Assembly (NCBI GenBank): GCA_947367055.1
Contig: CANBCI010000002.1
Location: 78,005 to 142,004 of the forward strand
Source: an uncultured Alphaproteobacteria bacterium
GTDB lineage: Bacteria; Pseudomonadota; Alphaproteobacteria; Rs-D84
DNA length: 64,000 bases
Direction of reading: 5' to 3'
Shown: positions 52,375-62,019 of the stretch, piece after piece
Layout of the letters: the number at the start of each line of letters is the position of its first letter
How positions within the stretch are numbered: position 1 is the first letter of the stretch
The notes under the pieces: model-generated
The model's database searches: none
What the model was told of the DNA's origin: nothing
What the model saw: only the letters and a program-made list of their open reading frames with translations
Translations under genes and position numbers: made by a program

Positions 52375-52805
52375 TCGTGTAAAATCTTGGCCGCCGCATC
52401 GCGCGCCAGCGCATCGCAACGTTCGTTAAATTCTTCGCCGTTGTGTCCGCGAACCCAGACCCAGTGAATTTTGGTGTTTTCCGCCGCGGCATCCAGTTGT
52501 TGCCACAAGTCCTGGTTTTTAACGGGCTTTTTATCCGCCGTGCGCCAATTGTTTCGTTTCCAATTTTTCATCCATGACTGCATGCCGTTTTTTACATACT
52601 GGCTGTCAGTGTGGATTTCGATTTCACAATGTCGGCGCGCCGCGTTCAGGGCCCGTATAACCGCCATCAATTCCATGCGGTTGTTTGTCGTGTCTTTTTC
52701 CGCGCCGCATCGTTCGGCCGTATTTGTGCCGTCTGTGGCAACAAATGCCCAGCCGCCAGGGCCCGGGTTTCCCAAACAACTGCCGTCAGTCCAAATTTTT
52801 AACAT
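52371..52805 (-). CDS. rnhA: ribonuclease HI
   Basis: IWTDGSCLGNPGPGGWA, catalytic DEDD residues, ELMAVIRAL, HWVWVRGHNG. Confidence 0.9.
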   Translation of the reverse strand: MLKIWTDGSCLGNPGPGGWAFVATDGTNTAERCGAEKDTTNNRMELMAVIRALNAARRHCEIEIHTDSQYVKNGMQSWMKNWKRNNWRTADKKPVKNQDLWQQLDAAAENTKIHWVWVRGHNGEEFNERCDALARDAAAKILHE

Positions 52806-52843
52806 TTTAATATGCCTTTTTATGTGATATAATATATCACATT

Positions 52844-54625
52844 ATGAAGTTTAATGCCAAACAATTACTAGAAATGTCAAATATGGCGCGATCCGGCGCG
52901 CTGGGGGCGCTGCTATGCGCGAAAAGCGGGCATGTCGGAATCGTTATGGATGCGGCGGATGTCGTCACAACGATTTATGCAAACTTTTTGCGACGCGGCC
53001 GCGACAGATTTGTTTTGTCTGCCGGGCATGGCAGTGCGCTGCTGTATTCCGTATTAAAACTGGCGGGGTATGATGTCGGGAATTTGACCGAATTTCGCAA
53101 GCTTGGGGGATTGCCCGGGCATCCGGAATTCGGCATTTCGGGCGTTGATGCAACGACGGGCCCCCTGGGCCAGGGCGTCGGGAACGCCGTGGGTTACGCC
53201 CTGGCGGAAAGGGTAAAAAAATCCGATGCACGCATATACTGCGTATGCGGCGACGGCGATTTGATGGAGGGCGTGGCCCAGGAATCAATCGCGTTTGCGG
53301 GACGTTACAAGCTGGGCAATCTGGTCCTAATCTGGATTGACAACGGAATTAGTATTGACGGTGCGGCTCAAACGGATGTTGATGTTCCGGCACGCATGCG
53401 TGCGGCTGGTTGGCGCGTTGCAACGGCGCCGTCAAACGATTTTGACAAGATAAATAAAATTTTGGCTGATTCGCAAAATCAAGATGCGCCGACATTTGTT
53501 CAATTGCAAACGCGAATCGGCACCGGGACCAGCGTTGTCGGAACGCCGCGTGCGCACGGATACGCGGTGCCGGGCGATGAATTGGAAAAGCTTGCGGCGG
53601 ATTATGCGTCCGCGCCCGGTTTGGAGTTATGGAATACGGTTGCCGCGGGCGCGGATGATGTTGTTGCGCCGGACATGCGCACACGGTTGCCGAAACTGCC
53701 GCTGCCGACGGCGGGTGAAAATGCCTCGACGCGCGAATTGTCAGGCATTTATCTGGCCGAATTGTTGGGGGCGGGGGTGCCGCTTCTGGTGGGCAGCGCG
53801 GACCTGGGGGGCAGTACAAACGTCAAAACCGACGCGCATCGTGATATTACGCCGGCCGATTTTACCGGCAATTATATAAACTATGGTGTGCGCGAACATG
53901 CAATGGGGGCGATAATGAACGGAATCGCCGCCGACGGATTACGGCCGGTGGGTTCAACATTCCTGGTGTTCAGTGATTATATGCGCCCCAGCATAAGAAT
54001 TGCCGCATTGTCCGGTTTGCCCGTGATTTATGTATTTACGCACGACAGCATTTGCGTCGGCGAAGACGGCCCGACGCATCAGCCGATCGAGCAATTGCCG
54101 TCACTGCGATTGATACCGAATTTGAATGTTTTTCGTCCCTGCAACGGGGCTGAGGTTGCATATGCCTGGCGTGCGGCGGTTGTGGATGCGTCGCGTCCGA
54201 CGGCAATAATTTTATCGCGTCAAAAATTTGCGCAAATCGAAACGCCCGCGGGTTCGGATATTGCGCGTGGTGCGTATGTAATTCGCCCCGCCAAGTCGGC
54301 ACGCGTGCGCATGACAATCATCGCCACCGGGGCCGAGGTCGCGCTTGCCGTTGATGTGGCGTCGCGCCTGGGGGCGGCGGTTCAGGTTGTGTCAATGCCG
54401 TCGGTTTCGACTTTTCGCGCCCAGGATGCGGAATACAAGCGCAAGATTCTGCAGGGGCGCATTGTCGCGATAGAGGCGGCCGCATCCGCACCATGGTTTG
54501 AATTTGCGGATGTTGTTGTCGGAATTGATAAATTTGGGGCGTCCGGCCCGGCGGATGCGGTATACCGCAGTTTTGGGTTTGATGCGGATACAATCGCACA
54601 TGATTTGAAACGTGAACTGAAATAA
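52844..54625 (+). CDS. tkt: transketolase
   Basis: KSGHVG, DRFVLSAGHGSALLY, TTGPLGQGVGNAVG, C-terminal FTHDSICVGEDGPTHQPIEQL; 593 aa. Confidence 0.85.
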   Translation: MKFNAKQLLEMSNMARSGALGALLCAKSGHVGIVMDAADVVTTIYANFLRRGRDRFVLSAGHGSALLYSVLKLAGYDVGNLTEFRKLGGLPGHPEFGISGVDATTGPLGQGVGNAVGYALAERVKKSDARIYCVCGDGDLMEGVAQESIAFAGRYKLGNLVLIWIDNGISIDGAAQTDVDVPARMRAAGWRVATAPSNDFDKINKILADSQNQDAPTFVQLQTRIGTGTSVVGTPRAHGYAVPGDELEKLAADYASAPGLELWNTVAAGADDVVAPDMRTRLPKLPLPTAGENASTRELSGIYLAELLGAGVPLLVGSADLGGSTNVKTDAHRDITPADFTGNYINYGVREHAMGAIMNGIAADGLRPVGSTFLVFSDYMRPSIRIAALSGLPVIYVFTHDSICVGEDGPTHQPIEQLPSLRLIPNLNVFRPCNGAEVAYAWRAAVVDASRPTAIILSRQKFAQIETPAGSDIARGAYVIRPAKSARVRMTIIATGAEVALAVDVASRLGAAVQVVSMPSVSTFRAQDAEYKRKILQGRIVAIEAAASAPWFEFADVVVGIDKFGASGPADAVYRSFGFDADTIAHDLKRELK

Positions 54626-54629
54626 CGTC

Positions 54630-55337
54630 ATGCCCGAATATGTCTTTACATTGTCGAACGGCGAAGATTTGCCGGTAATAATTCAAACGCGCCGCGGCGC
54701 GCGCAATATCACATTGCGTCCAAAGACGCGTCCCGTGCGCGAAATTCATATTTCAAAGCCGTTTTTAACATCCGCCGCCGCGGCATTGCGCTTTTTGGAA
54801 TCAAAACGTCGGTGGGTTGAACGTATTTTTGCCGCCGCGCCGACAAAGACGACACTGCGGCCCGGCGATGTGATTGAATTTTTGGGCCGTCGGGTTGATG
54901 TAATGCATAACCCCGCGCAGCGCACAAATACGTTTGTTTGCAAAGACGACGGCACGGCAACCCTGGTAGTCGGGGGTGTGGCTGATATGTTCGAACATCG
55001 CGCCCGTGATTTTATCAAGGCTGAATTTTTGTCTGCGGTACGCGAAATTATTCGAACTGCGCCGCGTGAATTTTGGCCGCGGCGCATTGCGGTGCGCGAT
55101 ACGTCCACACGCTGGGGCAGTTGTTCCACGACCGGCACAATGTCTTTTTCGTGGCGCCTGGCCTTTGCGCCGCCGAGTGTTATGCGTTATGTCGTGATGC
55201 ATGAATTGGCGCATGTTCGTCATATGGATCATTCGCCGGCATTTTGGGCGACGGTTGGGGAACTGTACGGTTTCGGGGTTGAACGCGCAAAGCAGTGGTT
55301 GAACCGCCATGGCGGCGAATTGCACCGGTATTTTTAG
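54630..55337 (+). CDS. YgjP/DUF45 family metal-dependent hydrolase (M48-like)
   Basis: RWGSCSTTG ... YVVMHELAHVRHMDHSPAFW (HExxH). Confidence 0.7.
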   Translation: MPEYVFTLSNGEDLPVIIQTRRGARNITLRPKTRPVREIHISKPFLTSAAAALRFLESKRRWVERIFAAAPTKTTLRPGDVIEFLGRRVDVMHNPAQRTNTFVCKDDGTATLVVGGVADMFEHRARDFIKAEFLSAVREIIRTAPREFWPRRIAVRDTSTRWGSCSTTGTMSFSWRLAFAPPSVMRYVVMHELAHVRHMDHSPAFWATVGELYGFGVERAKQWLNRHGGELHRYF

Positions 55338-55527
55338 AAAAAAGCCTTAAAAATGTTGAATTTTGAAAAAAAATCGCTAAAATCAAAATGTGATGACAGC
55401 AAACAATATTACTTTTAATCATCCGCACCACGCCCATGCGGGCGAATTATAGCATTTTTACTTTTTTGTATTTAATGCCGCGGAAAACACGCGATTAAAA
55501 TCCCGAATTATAACATAGGAATAAAAA

Positions 55528-56829
55528 ATGGATCTTAAACCGACAAAACCTTTATCCGGATTTATAGAATTATTGCCCGCCCAGCAGCGGTGCTTTGATG
55601 AATGTGCGGGGCGCATGCTGCGCGTGCTGCGCACGGCGGGATTTTCGAATCTGGATTTGCCCGCCATTGAACGGGCCGAGGTTTTAACCGACAAAGACAA
55701 TTGGGATGAAATCGAAACCCAGATGTTTCTGTTCCAAAAAGGCGACACAAAAATGGGCCTGCGTTATGACGGTACGGTCGGGTTGTCGCGGTATGTTGCG
55801 GGGCATTTGAACGATTTGGTGTTTCCGTTTCGCGCGTCGCAGTTTTCCAAACGTTATCGCGGTGAGCGCGCGCAACGCGGCCGTTACCGTGAATTTTACC
55901 AGATGGATTTGGATATTTTGGGGATTGGGGCGCTGTCCACAAATTATGACGCGGAAATTATCGCAGTGATTCAGCGTGCCTTGGATTCCGTACACGAATT
56001 TATCGGCGACAATGTCGTTCATGTCGGCAGCCGTCCTTTTTGGGATGCATTGTTTGATTATTTGGGGCTGGATTGCGAACAAAAGAAAAATGCGTTCATC
56101 CTGATTGATAAAAAAGACAAAATGGGCGATGAAGATTTTTCCGAAGGGTTGCGCGACACGCTTGGTGACGAGAAAAAGGAAAATGAAATAAAGTCTGTAT
56201 TTACAGACGGTTATTTGCGTTTTGTTGGAAAGTCTGACAAGTTGGATTCCGCTATAAATGAACTGACGGATTTCATGAAAACACTGGATGCGTTCGGTGT
56301 AAAAAATGCGGAAATAGATTTATCCATTGCGCGCGGATTGGCGTATTACACCGGACTTGTTTTTGAATTCAAATTACCTGCGCATCCGGAATTGGGCACT
56401 GCGGCGGGCGGTGGCCGTTATGCCGATTTGGCGGAAAAGTTCAGCAAAACCAAGATAATTGGGGTTGGGGCGGCAATCGGATTTTCGCGCATATTTGTCG
56501 CATTGATGGAAATGGGGCGCATTGATTTGGCACCATTTTCGCATCCGGTTGATGCAGCGGTGCTGATTATGGGGGCTGATAATGTTTGGTATGCAATGCG
56601 CGTTGTTGATGCGTTGCAAAATGCCGGCATTGCCGCGGTGCCATATCTGGATGCGGATAAAAAGTTCAAGAACCAGATAGAATACGCTGATAAAATAAAC
56701 GCTAAATACAGTGTGATAATCGGTGAAGATGAAGTAAAAAATCAATGCTTGGCCGTAAAGAATATGGAAAGCGGTGATCAGCAAAATCTGTCCCTTGAAT
56801 CTGCAATTGAACTGTTAAAGAGTGCCTAA
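55528..56829 (+). CDS. hisS: histidine--tRNA ligase
   Basis: Class II motif 2 FSKRYRGERAQRGRYREFYQMDLDILG, motif 3 region GGGRYADL, C-terminal HisRS-type anticodon-binding domain. Confidence 0.8.
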   Translation: MDLKPTKPLSGFIELLPAQQRCFDECAGRMLRVLRTAGFSNLDLPAIERAEVLTDKDNWDEIETQMFLFQKGDTKMGLRYDGTVGLSRYVAGHLNDLVFPFRASQFSKRYRGERAQRGRYREFYQMDLDILGIGALSTNYDAEIIAVIQRALDSVHEFIGDNVVHVGSRPFWDALFDYLGLDCEQKKNAFILIDKKDKMGDEDFSEGLRDTLGDEKKENEIKSVFTDGYLRFVGKSDKLDSAINELTDFMKTLDAFGVKNAEIDLSIARGLAYYTGLVFEFKLPAHPELGTAAGGGRYADLAEKFSKTKIIGVGAAIGFSRIFVALMEMGRIDLAPFSHPVDAAVLIMGADNVWYAMRVVDALQNAGIAAVPYLDADKKFKNQIEYADKINAKYSVIIGEDEVKNQCLAVKNMESGDQQNLSLESAIELLKSA

Positions 56830-56831
56830 AA

Positions 56832-57896
56832 ATGATAATTGAACAGAAGTTAAAAGACATTCAGGTTCGCGCCGCGGATATAGAGGCGCAAATGAATTCC
56901 GGGGTGGCGACCGGCGACGAGCTGACGCGCCTGTCCAAGGAATATTCGCGCCTTTCGGAAATATTGCCGCTGATAAACGAATATTTTCAAACGGTGCAGG
57001 GGATTTCTGATGCCACGGAAATGCAGCATGATCCGGAATTGAAATCAATTGCGGCGGAACAGTTGGCGGAACTAAATCATGCGTTGCCTGAAATAGAAAA
57101 GAAATTGCAGATTGCGTTGCTGCCGCGTGACGATGCGGACGACAACAGTGTTATTATGGAAATTCGTGCGGGCGTTGGCGGCGAAGAATCGGCGCTGTTT
57201 GCGGGCGATTTGTTCAATCAGTATAAGTCTTATGCGCTGCGCCAGGGCTGGAAAATAGAAATCATTGAAGAAAATGCGACATCTTTGCGCGGGTACAAGG
57301 AAATTGTATTCAAAATTGACGGCGCGGGTGCGTACGGGCGCATGAAATTTGAATCTGGTATTCATCGTGTTCAGCGCGTCCCGGAAACAGAGGCGGGCGG
57401 CCGCATTCATACCAGTGCGGCGTCAGTCGCCGTCATGCCCGAGGCCAAGGAAATCGACGTCGTAATCGAAGACAAGGATATTCGGATTGATATTTTCCGC
57501 GCATCCGGCGCCGGCGGCCAGCATGTTAATAAAACCGACAGTGCGATCCGAATAACGCATTTCCCGTCGGGGATTGTCGTCACATGCCAGAATGAACGGT
57601 CGCAATTGCAGAACAAGATGTCGGCAATGGCGGTTTTGCGATCAAAATTGTATGAAAAGCAGCGCGCCGAACAAATGGATGCCAGCAACGCGTCGCGTAA
57701 AACCATGGTCGGTTCCGGTGACCGCAGTGAAAAAATCCGTACATATAATTTCCCGGAACAGCGCGTGACGGATCATCGCATAAAACTGACGCTTTACAAG
57801 TTGGATGATATTCTGGCCGGCGGGGCGGGGCTGGATGAAATGATTGACGCGCTGATTGCCGCCGACCAATTGGAACAATTGGCTAATATGGAATAA
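56832..57896 (+). CDS. prfA: peptide chain release factor 1
   Basis: GGQ motif (SGAGGQHVNKTDSAIRITH), PxT-type tripeptide (PET); 354 aa. Confidence 0.9.
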   Translation: MIIEQKLKDIQVRAADIEAQMNSGVATGDELTRLSKEYSRLSEILPLINEYFQTVQGISDATEMQHDPELKSIAAEQLAELNHALPEIEKKLQIALLPRDDADDNSVIMEIRAGVGGEESALFAGDLFNQYKSYALRQGWKIEIIEENATSLRGYKEIVFKIDGAGAYGRMKFESGIHRVQRVPETEAGGRIHTSAASVAVMPEAKEIDVVIEDKDIRIDIFRASGAGGQHVNKTDSAIRITHFPSGIVVTCQNERSQLQNKMSAMAVLRSKLYEKQRAEQMDASNASRKTMVGSGDRSEKIRTYNFPEQRVTDHRIKLTLYKLDDILAGGAGLDEMIDALIAADQLEQLANME

Positions 57897-57923
57897 AAAA
57901 ACCGCCGTTCGGCGGTTTTTTCA
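57895..57923 (+). terminator. bidirectional Rho-independent terminator after prfA
   Basis: ACCGCCGttCGGCGGT hairpin + T6. Confidence 0.6.
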
Positions 57924-58670
57924 GAAGGATATTTTTACGCCGGCCATTACCTCGTGCTTTTTTAGTTCGACATTTGAATCAAAGTGCCGTTCTATGCCGT
58001 TGTTGTTTTTGGCGGCGTTTTCATGATACATTCGGTTTGTGTATTTTACGTTGCCCAGGTCTGTGTATCGATACTCCATTGTCAGGGCGATTGCGTGCGT
58101 AACCGGAATTTCTGCGCCCGCACCAATGTTCCATGACATGTTTCTCTCCTCGTCACGGGTTTCCCACCAGTAGGTGCCGCTGCGGAAATTGTTTTCAGAA
58201 TTTATTATTGTGTATCCGACGCCGATTGTTACAAATGGCATAAAGCGGTTCAATTTGTACCCGTATTTTGCGTTAAGTGCCAATGTTTGCTCGCTGTATT
58301 TGAAATCACGCGTATCACTGTCGTTTGGCATGTTGCCGTCAAAATCAAGTGTGCTGTCGGTCGGGTCAAAGTGGTTTGTTGCCTGGCCATATTGCGCCTC
58401 TATCCCGAATGTTCCATATTTTTGCGTGTCGAAATCATATCCGACCGCGAATATCGGTGACAATTTGTTCCCGTGCGCACTCCAGGATTCGTGCTTGTTG
58501 CCGTCAAATTCGGTCCATGTGCCCTTGATTGATTTTAGTTCTGTGCGACTTTCGTCGACGCGTGTTTGCGACCATGCGATTTTTGGATTGATATAAAACG
58601 CGCTCGCGTGCGCGCCGCCCGCGGCCATAAAGACCGCCAGAGACACGATCATTGTGTTTTTCTTTTTCAT
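57921..58670 (-). CDS. small outer-membrane beta-barrel protein (OmpW/OmpA-like)
   Basis: Start MKKKNTMIVSLAVFMAAGGAHA (signal peptide) after AAGGAG RBS; alternating beta-strand pattern; ends MAGVKISF. Confidence 0.55.
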   Translation of the reverse strand: MKKKNTMIVSLAVFMAAGGAHASAFYINPKIAWSQTRVDESRTELKSIKGTWTEFDGNKHESWSAHGNKLSPIFAVGYDFDTQKYGTFGIEAQYGQATNHFDPTDSTLDFDGNMPNDSDTRDFKYSEQTLALNAKYGYKLNRFMPFVTIGVGYTIINSENNFRSGTYWWETRDEERNMSWNIGAGAEIPVTHAIALTMEYRYTDLGNVKYTNRMYHENAAKNNNGIERHFDSNVELKKHEVMAGVKISF

Positions 58671-58810
58671 TGTTTTTACTCCTTTTTTCGTCAATGAAAA
58701 ACCACCGAAAAAATTCAGGTGGCTGGAGTTTAGTAACAATTCATCAGAAAATTGCGCGGCTTATTTGGCGCAAACAGCGTGTGCTTTATTCGCCGCACTC
58801 CAGCCACTTT
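58671..58810 (-). promoter_or_regulatory. conserved structured 5' leader, copy C
   Basis: Hairpin CCACCgaaaaaattcaGGTGG 58702-22; CTGGAG 58723-28 pairs with CTCCAGCC 58799-58806 (covarying version of the long-range stem); 5' of the minus-strand OMP gene. Confidence 0.5.
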
Positions 58811-59138
58811 CGTGCTCTGGAGGGTATTATGCGCCATCTCTGGCGTCTGATGATATGGGTTACTAAGCCCAACGACAAGAATCCTGCCCCTGTCGTCGCG
58901 ATATATTAAATCATTGCGTTGTGCAAAAGTCAATTTTTATATTTGTTTTTTGTGTGCCGGGTTGTGGCGGCTGCGGATTGCGGTTGCATTGATTGGTTTT
59001 ATATGGTAAACTAAAAAGCGTTGACGGGTGTTCCGTCGACGGGGTGTGGAAACCCTTCGTAAGCGTCGAATTTGTTCCTGTGGCGCGCAATTTGCGCCAA
59101 TTTTAACATATTCGATGAAAATTACTCCTGGCCATTGG

Positions 59139-59227
59139 GTCGGGAGGGTCGCCGAATATAATAATACGCGACACGATTCTTACGATTGTTTCCAACCTCC
59201 CGACCACCAATAGAATTGGTGGTTTTT
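59139..59227 (+). promoter_or_regulatory. conserved structured 5' leader, copy D
   Basis: GTCGGGAGG 59139-47 pairs with CCTCCCGAC 59196-204; hairpin CCACCAAtagaaTTGGTGG 59204-22; T5 59223-27; 20 nt upstream of ATG 59248. Confidence 0.5.
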
Positions 59228-59247
59228 GCAAAACAAGGGTGGGAAGC

Positions 59248-59799
59248 ATGAGAAAAATATTTGTCCTGGGTATTTTTATAATCGGCGTGAATGCGGCGTT
59301 TGCAGCGGAGGAATGTCCAAACTGCCTGAATTTTAAGCCGGCGCATTGCGCCAATTACAATGTAAAGGTGGCGCCAAATTACGTTGATCATTTTTATGAC
59401 TGCACAACTTGTGATTCCGGTTATAAGATTGCGTTTGATTATGTGGAAACCGGTGACGATATTATGCCCACGATGAGTTATGGTTATTGCGTAGAGGACT
59501 GCAAGGGGTGTACGAACTGTAATGATATTGGGTGGACTGTGGCAAATGCCGGCTATCACGTCTATAAAACCGCTAGTTGCAAATGCAATACGTGCGTGTA
59601 CACCAGCAAATACAGGTGTGCCGGAAACTATTTCGGCAGTTCTACAAATGGTACCAGCGGATGTTCGCCATGTCCGGAGGGTGGATTGTCGGCGCCGGGC
59701 TCAACCGCAAAAACGGCCTGTTACAAACCGGCCGGGTCAACGGGCGCGGATTCCTCCGGGTCTTATACATATACCGGCACATGTGTTTGGCAAAATTAA
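59248..59799 (+). CDS. small secreted cysteine-rich protein (paralog family member D)
   Basis: Signal peptide MRKIFVLGIFIIGVNAAFA; 20 Cys; C-terminal block YRCAGNYFGSSTNGTSGCSPCPEGGLSAPGSTAKTACY paralogous to the 36722..37168 product. Confidence 0.5.
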   Translation: MRKIFVLGIFIIGVNAAFAAEECPNCLNFKPAHCANYNVKVAPNYVDHFYDCTTCDSGYKIAFDYVETGDDIMPTMSYGYCVEDCKGCTNCNDIGWTVANAGYHVYKTASCKCNTCVYTSKYRCAGNYFGSSTNGTSGCSPCPEGGLSAPGSTAKTACYKPAGSTGADSSGSYTYTGTCVWQN

Positions 59800-59925
59800 A
59801 ATTTATTAGATTATACAAATAGTTGTTTATTATTTATAATAATTTACATCGCTGTATTTCGATGTGGTTTGTGGTATGTGCTTTTTTATTGTTTGATTGG
59901 ATAAATTTTATTACAATCTATAATT

Positions 59926-60501
59926 ATGAAAGAAGAAAATTTAGAAATTAAATTAGATAAACCAATAGTAATGGTCGGTCTTATGGGGGCGGGTAAGACC
60001 AGTGTAGGGCGCGCATTGGCGCGTCGGCTGGGGGTTCCGTTTGTTGATTCTGACAAAGAGATTGAAAATGCTGCCGGGTGCAGCGTTGTTGATATATTTT
60101 CCATGTATGGCGAGGCCGAATTTCGTCGTGTGGAACAGCGTGTGATTTCACGTTTGCTGGATTCTGCGCCGTCGGTCAAGGTTATTTCAACCGGAGAAGG
60201 GGCGTTTATAACGCCGGCGGTTCGCGAAATGACGATGAAAAAAGCGCTGACAATTTGGTTGAAGGCAGACCTGGATTTGCTTGTTAAAAGGACGAATTTT
60301 CGTGATACGCGCCCGCAGCTGCTGCATGCGGACAGTCGTAAAATATTGGCGCAGTTAATCGCGGAACGGTATGATATTTACGCTATGGCGGATATTACTG
60401 TAAAGACGTGTGATGAAAGTCTGCGAAAAACTTTGGACAAGGTTGTGGGGGCGGTTGAAAAGTATATAAACAAAGGAGAAAAAAATAATGGCCAAGGGTA
60501 A
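59926..60501 (+). CDS. aroK: shikimate kinase
   Basis: Walker A GLMGAGKTSVGR, DSD motif, LID region; 191 aa. Confidence 0.85.
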   Translation: MKEENLEIKLDKPIVMVGLMGAGKTSVGRALARRLGVPFVDSDKEIENAAGCSVVDIFSMYGEAEFRRVEQRVISRLLDSAPSVKVISTGEGAFITPAVREMTMKKALTIWLKADLDLLVKRTNFRDTRPQLLHADSRKILAQLIAERYDIYAMADITVKTCDESLRKTLDKVVGAVEKYINKGEKNNGQG

Positions 60502-61051
60502 CATATTAAAAGAATTTGCCGCATTTATTAATCGTGGAAATGCGATTGATATGGCGGTCGGTATAATTGTCGGCAGTGTTATGACAAGTGTTGTAAATTC
60601 TCTGGTAAAGGATATTATTATGCCGCCGATAGGGCTGTTGCTGGGCGGAATTGATTTTTCACAGTTTTTTGTGGTTTTATCAGGCGGGGAACCCGGGGTT
60701 CGTTATACTACAGTCGCATCCGCCCAGGCGGCCGGTGCGGCGACGATGAATATTGGCTTTTTCCTTAATTCTGTGGTTAGTTTCGTAATAACCATGTTTG
60801 CGATATTTTTGTTTGTTCGGGTTGTAAACAAATTCAGATCCGGCCAGGCGGTCACAACGCGTTCGTGTCCGTATTGTAAAACAAACATAAATGTTGCGGC
60901 GACAAAATGTCCTAATTGTTGTTCGGCTGTGAATCCGGTAGAGCCTGTTGTAGCCGCCGAAAGTGATGTAAAAAAGGGGCTGCGAACCCTTGGGAATGTG
61001 GCAACAAAACAAATTAAAAAAATCAAGAAATTACAGAAAAATAATCGATGA
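60488..61051 (+). CDS. mscL: large-conductance mechanosensitive channel with C-terminal zinc-ribbon extension
   Basis: MscL core (FAAFINRGNAIDMAVGIIVGSVMTSVVNSLVKDIIMPPIG ... FLNSVVSFVITMFAIFLFV) plus ~55 extra C-terminal residues containing CPYC...CPNCC. Confidence 0.8.
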   Translation: MAKGNILKEFAAFINRGNAIDMAVGIIVGSVMTSVVNSLVKDIIMPPIGLLLGGIDFSQFFVVLSGGEPGVRYTTVASAQAAGAATMNIGFFLNSVVSFVITMFAIFLFVRVVNKFRSGQAVTTRSCPYCKTNINVAATKCPNCCSAVNPVEPVVAAESDVKKGLRTLGNVATKQIKKIKKLQKNNR

Positions 61052-61077
61052 TATTAAAAGTTAATTTTAATTTTTAG

Positions 61078-61104
61078 TGGCCCCATTTTTAATGGGGCTT
61101 TTTG
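61078..61104 (+). terminator. Rho-independent terminator after mscL
   Basis: GGCCCCAtttttaaTGGGGCT hairpin + T-run. Confidence 0.55.
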
Positions 61105-61712
61105 TTGCGTATGGCTGATGTAAAATGTTGAAATTTAACCGGGACAGGGCGGATTTAGGGCATTTTGTCGTTGTGTGCCATGTGTAGTTTAATGATATTT
61201 ATGATTTTTGATTGCAAATTTTCGCTTTGTATAAATTGTTTGCAGATTTTATATAATTTTAATTGAATTTCATTTTTCGTGTTGTGCAGTGTGTCATTGT
61301 TTGTTCTTGGCAGTGGTTTGTTTGCATGTGTGTTTGGCGACATTTTTTATTACTCTGTTATGCGTTGTTTTTTGAGTTTTTTATTATAGGACATTTGGCT
61401 TTTTGATGCAATATAAAAGGCGCATAATGTATATTATGTATAGTTTTATGTTTTGTGGGGGCGATATGGTGCAGAAATGGGCGAGATCGTAAATATCGCA
61501 AATAATGTGTTGGTGGCTTGTTTTGTGGTATGTTTAAGGTTTTTAATTTGGCGAATATTGTGTGACGTTGGGGAAATTTGTGGATGATATTATTTATAAA
61601 TATCTTAACCATAATCAAATTGTTAATTTGTATTATTAAATTTATTTATTGTGTTTGTCGCGGTAAAAAATATACGCTTTAAAGAAAGATTAAAGCGTAT
61701 ATAAAGCTTTTC

Positions 61713-62006
61713 TTAATTTAATGGACATATGCTTATATATTCATATGTTCCTGTATTGTCCGAATAAGGTGTGTTTTGTGGTGCGAACATGGCGCATTTT
61801 ACCGCCGAAGATGTTGTTGCCAGGCATGATGTGGCGGCGCCCTGCCCAATGGCTGTATATCCTGTGGGGCATGTGTCGGCCGCGATGGTTAAAAGGTTGT
61901 TTTCTGTTTTTATCATACCGTTTGGGCAATTTTCTGATGGTGGTGCCGCAAAAGAAGCGTTTATACAAATAATAAAAAAAGTAAGATAACTTATTGTTTT
62001 ATTCAT
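61713..62006 (-). CDS. small secreted Cys-containing protein (family member)
   Basis: Signal peptide MNKTISYLTFFIICINASFA; motif CPTGYTAIGQGAATSC resembling CAAGYYGQSTNGTTGC of paralogs; terminator hairpin at 61660-61705 in gene orientation. Confidence 0.4.
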   Translation of the reverse strand: MNKTISYLTFFIICINASFAAPPSENCPNGMIKTENNLLTIAADTCPTGYTAIGQGAATSCLATTSSAVKCAMFAPQNTPYSDNTGTYEYISICPLN

Positions 62007-62019
62007 GTTTTTTCCTTTT

